A DNA stretch of 63,223 nt, the filler included, from Lenisia limosa (lineage: Eukaryota; Protista; Breviatea), in NCBI GenBank assembly GCA_001655205.1. It is 6 parts of 6 records of this genome, joined end to end, with 100 filler letters (N's around TTAATTAATTAA, not from the genome) between each part and the next. Parts side by side here need not be neighbours in the genome. Positions count along the whole stretch, not along the records: positions 47,308 to 58,171 come from LPNZ01006510.1; positions 58,272 to 62,094 come from LPNZ01004022.1; 4 more parts are not named here. One strand, written 5' to 3'. Positions within the stretch are counted from its first letter, which is position 1, and each line of letters opens with the position of its first letter. Below the pieces are notes generated by a model. It made no database searches. It was not told the DNA's origin and saw only the letters and a list, made by a program, of their open reading frames with translations. The position numbers and the translations under genes were made by a program. This document shows positions 47,393 to 58,348 of this stretch, in pieces.

Positions 47393-50300
47393 TTTAAGTT
47401 GTTGTTTACATTTCGCAGTTAACGGCTACAACACCCTGTTTTTCATTGGGGAAGGTGCACAGCCTTACCGGCAACAGATGTGGGAGGGAGGGTTTCAAGA
47501 ATATGATATGAATAATTCAGCTCAATTGTGGAATAAAAATAACAAATAAGATGATTATTCTCTGATTAAATCGAATCATCTTTTCCCGTGCACTGAAATA
47601 TACCATCTTGTCTAAAAACGGGGTAGCTCTAAGAAATGTAGTTGCAAGTATTGACCTTTTATTTTTTAATTTTGTTCATAAAAACACCACTTTTATCACT
47701 CTTTTTAGGCAAAAATTATCAATGCTTCGGACGAAGTTTTTTTCACTCACCAACCAGACTTCCACTATCTGAATTTGTCCACTGTGGCGAACCAAACTTC
47801 CCATTTCATGAAGCCTCTATTATTCGTATCTTTTGGGATGTCACCGGGGATGATACCGGTGTGGCTGAGGGTTGTAATTTCTTCTTTATTAAAGTGGTAG
47901 TCACACATAAATAGACAGATATTATATATTCTCATCATATCATATTGTTACTTTTCGCAATTACCACCTTTTATTTACATATTCAGCTCGAATCTGCATC
48001 GATGACTTTACTGCACTTTTTGTTGACCCTCCTCTCACAAATATTGAAGGAAATGTAACAATGGGGGTGAAGCTTGATAGGTTTTTATTTCACATAACAC
48101 TGACTTTCAATTCACGTATTTGTATTACGGCATAAGTATTGTTTCAAAATGGTTTTTTTTTCATGAGTTTTAGGTGTCTGTATGTTTTATTATTTAACCT
48201 TTATTTATTGGATTCTTTTCCTCTTTTTACAACCAACAGAAACGCGCGTTGTATGTTGCTCCTGGCTTGTCCTTTAAGACGATTAGTCATTTCCAAAAGT
48301 GGGTTGGAAGATTGTCTGGCTGTAGAATTCTTCTAAGGGTGATGGTGTGGACGGCTTCTGCCAGACACTATAATTACTCAGGATCCTTTATAGCGAGATG
48401 GTTCCGTGTTTACAGCTAGCTTTTGGCGTGTATCTCCATCTCAAGCATACGCATGTATTATACATAGTATATGATATCGATATAGATGTATATATCGATA
48501 TAAATCTCATATAATATGTATATGATATGAAATGTATTAATTATAATATTGTCACCATTGACCGCTCTTCTTCTTTGCCTTTATCACACACATCCGGGTA
48601 GAGGTGTGGTCTGTCGTGGCAATAGTATACTTTCACAAATTTTCTGTTAATTGTAATAACACTATTTTTCACAGTTGCAGGCAGCCTGGATACTCCAGTG
48701 ATACCCCTACAGTAGTGCTTCTTCAGGAAACTCCTGAAAACCTTTCCTTTACCTTCGGTTTGTTGTAATTAGGGCTTCCCAGTATACACTGCTAGTCATA
48801 GTATGTCTAGATAGTTCTAACAAATAAAACAAAACAACGAAGAAAAAAAGTAAAGTTCCATCACTGATTCATTTCAGATCCTATTGTCAACTCTGACACT
48901 GCAATAATTCCCTTTGAAGCGCGTTTTGCTCTCAGTAACTGTATGATGGAGATGAAAACTGATAAACACTATTAATATGTGTGAAACATAAAAGACATAG
49001 CATAGCGACTTTGCACCCAATATCTATGGGGAAGCGATTCACTATTCAATTTAAAGAAAAAGATATCTTTTTTTTGGATATTTCGAATAATGACCTTTAT
49101 TAGGTTACAGCTAGGATAAATTGTTTTCACAGATTTCTTTATTGATGCATTCGACAAAACTATCACAACGTCACCTCCAATTTAGCAGCCAAAGTTGACA
49201 CAGTCCTCGAAGTCTCTCTGTTATTCCAATTCCCTGGTGAGAAAATTTGACAAAGATATAAGCTCATTTTTACACCAATACAAGTCACGCTTGAGTGATG
49301 GGGTGGTGCCTAAGCGACTGGCATTGGTGTTGTGTTTCCAACCTGTGTTTTTTCAGCCAACAAATTTGATTTTTGGGTTTTTTTTGCTTCATAATAACCT
49401 TTTCGCGACTATTTTTTATCAAGATTTCCTTTGTTTACCCCACCCCCGCAGGATTCGCGGACTCTATGACTCAGTTGTTTGAGGTTCATGTAGTTGAGGC
49501 CTCACCGGAGCCTCAGGAGTATGCCGTGCTTATAGTGTTGTCTCTTGGGCTTCACTTCGGTTCGAAAAAGACTGAATTTTTTGAGAATTCTGTTAAAATT
49601 ATCGATACTATACCGCTATTTTTGAACCGATGTGAAGCCCCAGTTGTCTCTCTTGAAACTAGGATCATAAATAGCCAGCGGGAAACTGTACACCCAAACA
49701 CGATTAACCAAATTGGCTCATTCTCTTTTCACCCCCCCCCCCCNNNNNNNNNNNNNNNNNNNNNNNNNNNNNNNNNNNNNNNNNNNNNNNNNNNNNNNNN
49801 NNNNNNNNNNNNNNNNNNGTCCGGCTTCGATTCTGAGGACCTACCCGCAATCAGAGATCGAGTAGCGAAACCTGGTGAGACTCCTGTGATAATTTCATGG
49901 ATATTTATGATCCTAGTCTCAGTAGACTTCACTCCAATTAGTAAATCTTTTATGCTTTCAACAACAATGAAATACCCAGTTGTTTTGTTACATGATTTTA
50001 GCAAAATAGGCAAATTCTGTCAAAACAGCAAAAAAAAAAACAACTGTTAACTTTGGGGAACGAATGGATAGAGTAGTTACATGTATAATGTATAATGTAT
50101 GAATGATTGGTTGAGCCCCCATAGACAAAAGAGTTATAAGATAAGAATTGTAAAATTTTGAAGTTGTCTCCATGGCCAGCTCAGAATAATTTTACATTTA
50201 GTAGTCTGGCTTGATGTGACAACCCGTTGAATTCACGTTTAACCTTGACTCTCATAGGAACGTCAGCCTATTTGGTTTACAACAAGTACTTGGACGTTGC

Positions 50301-53300
50301 TCATAACCTTGGAAACCCAGATGTGTTTTCATGGACGTTGGGATGGGGTTTGTGGGTAAGGGCCTTACGAGGGGGGGGAGGGTGAGAATCAANNNNNNNN
50401 NNNNNNNNNNNNNNNNNNNNNNNNNNNNNNNNNNNNNNNNNGTGGAATGTAGGAGGGACTCACAGTTTTACTTGAAGCATGAACAATCGACCTATTGTTT
50501 CAACATCATCGAATTAGTTATTTGACCTAGACCCTTCCATTAGACAATATCTCCAAACAATAACTCTGATTAGGGCAGTCTTCAGACTTTTTCATTTGCG
50601 GTTCTGGGACCCCTCTGGAGTTCAACCCTCGTTCTCCACACAGGCATTTCTGCCCTGAAAACGGTTGGTGTTGCTCGAGGAGAGTGGCGGAATTGATTTT
50701 TGTTTTTTTATTTAAAATAAGAAAAAAATCAATAAGTGTGCGATTGATATAATACTTATAGTGATATATTTTTTAGAACTATCTTCCTCCTCCGAGGGAG
50801 GCAGATACAATTTATGGTAAAATGTATGGGGAATTTTGTTTTTTTACATATTTGTAACAATAAAAATAAAAAATCAATCGCTGCATAACAACCGTGTGTG
50901 ATGTTTCTCTTTCTTTACCCCTGTTCACCATGTTTTTCATCATTTCTATGAAGCTAATTCCAGCGTGCTTGCGGCAGATTTTCCTCCTATCATGAAACCA
51001 GGTCATTTTGTTGAGTCTGCTGAGACAAACTCGGCATGGATCACGCAAAGAATGCTCATCAATATGGACAATGTCCATCATGCATGTGTGGCTGCATGGA
51101 TTTCAGAGTCGGCTGAATTGAAGGACGATGTGTTTGGACAGGTACGTCTCTAGGGGACCCCCACAGTCCCAAAAAAGACCGAATCTCCAGATAAATACTC
51201 GATGAAATATCGGTATTTTACCGGTCTTTTTCGGACCGTAGGGAAGCCCTATATGTCTCGTATTGAAAAGTTACACATTATGATGTTCATATATAACGTT
51301 TTTTTACCAAGGGATGTTAAAATGGAAATATTGGGAAATATTCCTTAGATGTTATATTGGGAAATATTCAAAGGTGGTCTTGCCAAGATGAGTGTGAGCA
51401 TCAGTTAATCTTTCATAATAATACCTACAATTTCTGCACCAGATAGATAGCACCCGTCATATTATTATTCTTGTTGGCGATGATAGGTAGCTCTCTTCAT
51501 GCTATTTTCTAGTTGGCGATAAGTCGATCAGACCTTGATTTTCTTTGAAAAGATAAGTTATTTTGCTAAAACATAATCAGGCTGAGAGATGAAATTGAGG
51601 GACAGAATAGATACTGGAAGTATCTGATTGATATCATTGTGGCTATAATTCAATATCTCTTAGAGGAGTGATGTGGACAGCTTCGGCCTGATGATACAAC
51701 CTTGTTTCATTTATCATATTGCGTGTGCAATAGTATTGAAAGCACTTACTAAAATTACCTAGGCTGGTGAGTTACTCTTCAACCTGAGTAGCCACTTTTC
51801 GAATTTCCCTAAGCGAGACAGGTTGGATGAAGGGGAGTCGTCGCAATTTATCATATATAAATGATATACTGTATGATGTGTCATATGTTTCACCTTTGTA
51901 TTTGGCAGTTACTCACTTTTCGAGTTATTAACTTAATATAAATCAGAATTATTTTATTGGCATCTAGTTTTACTTTTCTTATTGATTAGCTCCCACACCA
52001 TTAACCATATGCACATGGCTCTGTCGATATTTTACATTGTTTCCAGTTTTCTTTATTTCTCCTCACTTTTTATTTTATCTATATTATGTTGCATTATTTG
52101 CTCTTTGAGCTTTGTTTCTTTTTCTCACTTCCTCAAACCCTGATGCTGGTTCATGAAAAGCCCCCGTAATGCCTTCTTTGTTAGGTCAACTGTCTTTACA
52201 TTTTTTTTAGAACCCGCGAGTTTTCTGATGGTGGCAGACTTTTTGCTGATATCGCTGTAAGAGGGGGGTGGGGGTGGTTTGCCTCTAAAATATGACATGC
52301 ACAATCTGCCACAATCCTAGATTATTTTTAGAATTCGATTTCTGTTCTAGTGCTTTCCGATAATGTTGATGTATGTACAGTGACAGGGGTAAGTCTTGAT
52401 CGATTTTTCTGGGAAATTACATTGTAAATCAGTCAAGACTTATCCCGGTCACTGTATATGCAACAGAATTAGTGCAACAGCAACACAATACCAGTCTTGT
52501 TTCCTTTGCTGCGTCATTTGATTAGGACGAAAACAAACTGGTGTACAAGGCTAGTCAAATTTTCGACCTTATTGCCACCACCCTCCCCGCTGACAAAAAA
52601 GCAGTGGGAGGGAATTTCTTTGTATACTGTCAATAGTATTTTTATTTTGATCGAGATTAAGTAGTGTACAAATTTATGTATTACATTAGTAGTATTTTGC
52701 ATTTAACTCTGTATACCATGCTTTGCGTACGCGTTACATACTTGCTCTGTAATTCAAAGATATGTTTGCTTGTATATGCTATATCAGTAACGTACCCTGC
52801 ACTTCCTCCTCCGTCTCGTGTATTACTCTACCTTAATGATACCATCACGGTGTTATTTACCATGTAGATGATTGAGTACAATCTCTTAAGAATAGCGTGT
52901 GAGCCTCTCCTGCGCCTCAGACAGTTGGGGGGGGGGGTTACAATGTCTTACTTTTTTTTTTCAAAAANNNNNNNNNNNNNNNNNNNNNNNNNNNNNNNNN
53001 NNNNNNNNNNNNCGTCGAAGAATTTATGAAACAATGAACTACTACGATACCCCCAACGATGACAAGGATTGTTAATGCTAGGCGAGTAGTAGAGCAATTG
53101 TGAATGCTAGCAATTGTGAATGCTAGGCGAGTTGTGGAACAATTGAATCTGCAAGTCGATTAATTTTTTTCTTTACCTTAATAATGGTTGGAAGTTGTTA
53201 TGATGGAAAATGGGAGAAAGCACTGAAAGGCAGTTCTATAAGCAAGCTTTTCTGCATTCATTTACAACAGTCAAATTTGCAAAATCCCTCGTGGAATCTT

Positions 53301-55699
53301 GATAAATTCAGTTTACAACTCCCAATGGAACCAACATAGCCTATTAGTCCCCAATGTAAAATGGCTTTCATGCTCTTCATAATCGCCAATTTTAAATATC
53401 ATATATACTATATACTATATCATATGATATGATATGATATATAATACCATATTCTCTTCATAATCCCGATTTGAAACCTATTATAATATATGTATCATAT
53501 GATATACTTTTCTCTTCATAATCCCCAATTTATAATGGCTTCAATTCTCTTTTATAATGGAAATGACTCTATTTAGAACGTCAAGCATTGATATAGTCTA
53601 TCGAAACACCGCACTGCTCATGACAGGTGAGGCTGGTGAGGCATACAGCAAGCTCTTTGCCCAGAGTTTTAAGATAAATGATTGAGTGGAATTTGATCCA
53701 ATAATTTGTATGTTTTTATTATTTGATAGAAATTATTTGCAGTTATTTTTGAAGGTATTTTTTTTTTTTTTTTTTTTTTCAAAACCTTGNNNNNNNNNNN
53801 NNNNNNNNNNNNNNNNNNNNNNNNNNNNNNNNNNNNNNNNNNNNNNNNNNNNNNNNNNNNNNNNNNNNNNNNNATTCGCCATTCCTCACAGGGAGTATAT
53901 CCAAGCTGGATTAACAGAAAGGGGTGAAGGTTTGTATAAAGGAGGGTTATTGCTTGTTTTCAGTATTGAAATAATTTGGTTTTTTAAACACTGACCGCCT
54001 AGGCCATCTTTATCAATACTGATGGTGATGGTACTGATTAATTAGACGTTTTTGTAATATAGGCCTTCTTGACGATATACACTGATTAATTAGGCCTTCT
54101 TGACGACATCATCAAATTCATGTCTGACGAGGGACTTTGGGTTGATCTCGCGCCTTCAGTTCAGGCTCAGGTCTTGGACACTTATATTGACGCAGCTGAA
54201 GTGCTCATTTCGGCATCCCATCTGGGAGTGTATCAGCTCAGTGTAAGGGAGGTGTACCAACTCAGTGTAATGTGATCGCTTCGGCCCCAAAAATGTCTGA
54301 ATGTCTTGATAAATCTTCGATAAATATCGATATTTTTCCGATCTTTTCCTGTAGGGAATACCTATGTAGTAATGTACTTCTTGAAACCCCAGTTTTTTAT
54401 CTCATTTCTACTTGTTTTTCTTGACCCCTGCAGTATCCCACGCATGACTTCGGAATAAAGATCTTCTGTGACATGTTTTCCAGCCTTCAAGGTGCCTGGG
54501 ACTATGGAAATAATTACAATATTGGTAACGTAGTATGACAAGATTGACCCCCTCAGACTTACTCCTTCCATCCCTCGACTTGGTTTCAATCAACTCTGCC
54601 CGGCCTTTCACCCTCCACAGTCTTGAGGTTTGTTCCCACAATTCTCTATTAATTGTTTGTTCCCTCCTTAAAGCAAAATGATTGGGTGCATTCATATGAT
54701 ACAATATCTCCAATAAGCATGATGGTGTGAAAGGCTTCGGATTTCCCAAAATTGCCTAATTTCGTAACAATTGCAGAATATTCTCGTAATTGGAATGCGG
54801 CGATGTGACAGTGATCACAACGACATTTCCTCTATGTGGAACATGTTTACAAAGGTGTGTGGTGATGCGTGATCGATATGGTAACATATATATGTATCAG
54901 TTAAGGTGATCTTGTGTATTTAGGTGTTTGATGTGTAATGGGTGGTGAATAAATATCACTAAAACAAGGAAGTTCTCCAACCAATTAAATAAGAATATTC
55001 GTTTTTTGATTTTCTTCACAAATTCTCAATCTGCCTCATTTGAGTCGTTAGACTTCAGTAAATCTATAGGCATACGCCTCGACCCCTTCAAGTTTTTATA
55101 GTCTTTTTGATGATGTGACAGTTAAAGGTGACAGAGGGTACCGTTATATTCGTAGTCCATTTGAATCATTCTTTCCTGTCACCCTGCTAAATATTATTCT
55201 GTTATCTTCAACATACACTTAGCATGAGAAAACATTGTAATTTGTTGAAAGTGCTATCTCAAATAATCTGAATATAAAAGATGCGAAAAAGCTGGTAAAA
55301 GGTACATTCGTGGATAAGCAAAATACAACTTTTCATTCATATAATACACACATATTTATTCAACAGCACTATTTACATCAAGTATATTTGATATTGCATC
55401 ATAGTCGATCTAGAATATGGAACTAGGGCTTCACTTCGGTTCGAAAAAAGAGATAATTTCTCGATAAATCTTCGAAAATTGTCGATATTTTAGGTCTTTT
55501 TTTAACCGAAGTGAAGCCCTATATGGAACCATACTGTATCGCATGAATGATTGTATCATTTACTCGCTAAAAGAGAGCTTTAAATATAATAGCTTTTTTG
55601 TCGTTCTCAACAAACAGATCAGCAACATCTTCCAAAGTCCCGCTTCTTCTCATCATCGGGTGTGAGCGTTCTCAGATCTCCTGCTGCGGACCCTTCTGA
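47393..55699 (+). CDS. Hypothetical protein, 5' partial, about 20 exons
   Basis: Series of GT-AG exons (AKIINASDEVFF, VLAADFPPIMKPGHFVES, GLLDDIIKFMSDEGLW, KVPLLLIIGCERSQISCCGPF*). Several N-x-S/T sequons in the 5' part. No family recognised. Confidence 0.55.
49545..49642. mobile_element. hAT-type MITE family A
   Basis: Perfect TSD gttgtctc. Confidence 0.85.
51151..51251. mobile_element. hAT-type MITE family A (A2)
   Basis: TSD tacgtctc/tatgtctc; inserted 9 nt into the intron. Confidence 0.85.
52378..52454. mobile_element. Tc1/mariner-type MITE family B
   Basis: TA-CAGTGAC...GTCACTG-TA. Confidence 0.8.
55424..55521. mobile_element. hAT-type MITE family A
   Basis: Perfect TSD tatggaac. Confidence 0.9.
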
Positions 55700-56035
55700 T
55701 TTTTCAAGTGGGCGGGTTTGTTCCTTTTAATATAAAACCTTACTTCATATTGGTGATATATGTTGTACCAGTTGACACCTACATATTACCATGTATTTTT
55801 GTTCCTACATTTTTTAAAACACCGATACAAAATGTTACTTCTCTACCCCGCGTCGTCTATTTTATTGCCCTGAGGACCAATCCCTCTCATTTTTTTCCCG
55901 TAGCGGTCCCCCCCCTTATTTTACCGCAGAATCATCATTTCCCCTAATCCTGACCAACTCATGTGTGTTGCTAATCAACAGAATTGATTTTGCTCCTTTT
56001 TTTGTTTCATAAATTTTCCAATTTAACTCTCCCAG

Positions 56036-58034
56036 CATCATCATTTGCAATGATGACGGCGACAGATAAGGCTCCAGGAAGAGACCAACTTGGCCTGATT
56101 ATCTCGTCATATGGCCACGAGGTAACCCGGGATTTTTGTTTGTTTCTTACAGTCTCTAAGAAAACAAGTTGTGCTGTTTTATTGCAAAAGGGTCGGGTCT
56201 CGGAACGATACCAATTAGGATAATTATACCTAGTTGATACATCCTGTTGTTGTTATTTAGTTTCATCAGAATGATTCTTTGAGCAAACATGTACATAGTG
56301 TACAGGTATAGTATTCTTGAATTGAATTACTGATTATAAAGTAGTGTTGCTATCAAAGGATACATTCCTGTGTTTTAGTTTGAGATTATATCTCTGGAAT
56401 CAAAATTCCATAGGTGCAGTTGCTTTTTCAATTAGCTATGTTGGATCAACAATTTTGATAAATATATTTTGTGTTCTCCCAATACACTGTTCTCTTTTGA
56501 ACTTCCTCAATTAGGCATAAAAGTTGAAAAATAGTGAAGTATACTGTATTATTAATATAATAGATGTTGTTGGCTCAACAATTAAGATGTGTATTATATG
56601 AAGGGGGGGGGGGGNNNNNNNNNNNNNNNNNNNNNNNNNNNNNNNNNNNNNNNNNNNNNNNNNNNNNNNNNNNNNNNNNNNNNNNNNNNNNNNTTAGGTA
56701 CTTGCAGGTCAGCCCATCTACTCCCCAGAGGCTCCAAATTACAATGTGTGCCCTGTTACGCCCTTTTGATTTTGTTGTTTGTTTTGTTGTTTGTTTTGTT
56801 TTTTATTTTATTGTTCTCACCTCTCCTCCTACTCCCCTCCATATTATCATTATGACACCTCCAGACATTCCTGCAGCAATCCATCAGCCGTTCTACGGTC
56901 ACTGCAGGGCACCGCTCCCAGCCTGCTAAGCCTTTCACCAAAATGATGAAATACTGTAAGGAGTTGCTAGGCAAATGATTGGGTGAATTTCTAGTATGTA
57001 TGCTGGGGTGGCACGCTGAAATTGTATGCACAAAGTTACTTGGCATATGATTGGGTAAATTAATATCTCTATAAGCATGATGGTGTTGACGGTTTCGGCC
57101 AGATACAATCTCTTTTTTATTCTCATGGAATACTATATATTATATACGCGTTGTTGCTGTCATTTTGCCAAAATGAACTACTGTGACGGTCATAGTTATA
57201 TCCATATGCTGTATACAACCCCGTGATGGGATGAGGAAGACATTTTCCAATTCGCTTTTGAGAGTTTAATTTATTTCATAGTATATAATTAAATGGCGGC
57301 TTTTGTCGATCATAAAAAAATGAACGCGGACATTATTGATTTCGCTTTATGGCTGTCACCTGGGCCGGGGTTTCTAAAGTCTGGATTATTTAACTGGGCA
57401 GTGTGGTGGTTGCTGATTTCCATAACCTTCCTTTTTGAGTAATTTACTCTTCAACAGCGTCTTAAGCTTAAGTTACGTGTAAACAAAGCGGGGTACATGT
57501 TGAAAACTTAAAGGTATCCAACCATATTTCGAATATTTTCGGGGTCATCTATCCAAATTGATAACATACTTTACATAAAGGCTGTTTTGATATGATGGTT
57601 ATGATATTTCCTGGGCCTCTTCTCGGAAATGATCAACTATTCTGTGGTTTACCTGGTTTTTTCTGTATGGTGTGTTTTATGTTTCTATTCTTAAAACGTC
57701 TATTTTGCCTGGATTTTTTTACGGTTTAGACTCGGACGGAGCAGTTTCTGGGTCAATAGCAGTGGCTGAAATTGGTGCTACACACCCCTTGTAGGCAGAT
57801 AGGGAGGTTCTATATAATATCCCCGTTGGCTCGGGCTGTTTTTTTGGTTGTTTTCAACCCTTGTGTAATATCAGATAACATATTTGATTTGGTTTTTCCC
57901 TCATAAATTTCCAATAACACTCCCCCAGTGGCTCACAGATTTTATCCACACGAGGCCTGCTTTCCATCAGCCTTCCTACTGCTGCTGTGCACTTGTCGGT
58001 CATCAGTGGGGGCTGCAAGAAAGAAGCCGGGAAG
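56036..58034 (+). CDS. Possible hypothetical gene fragments
   Basis: Exon-like GC-richer blocks with GT-AG borders (ATDKAPGRDQLGLIISSYGHE, VLAGQPIYSPEAPNYN). Frame continuity is uncertain. Confidence 0.3.
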
Positions 58035-58348
58035 GTTAGGGGGACGCCATGTTTCCGCCGTCTGTATTAAGTACCATAACAATATTCAGTGTGCGTTGAT
58101 GTGGAGATCTCCTTTCATAGTTTTCATTTTCGTTTCAAAAAGTACCTCTCACTCTCTTTCGTGACACTCTTNNNNNNNNNNNNNNNNNNNNNNNNNNNNN
58201 NNNNNNNNNNNNNNNTTAATTAATTAANNNNNNNNNNNNNNNNNNNNNNNNNNNNNNNNNNNNNNNNNNNNAAAAAAAAAAAAAAAAAAAGGAGCATTAT
58301 TGACCGAATGTTCTTTCTTATCATTCATATTTTTTTCATGAAATTTAG

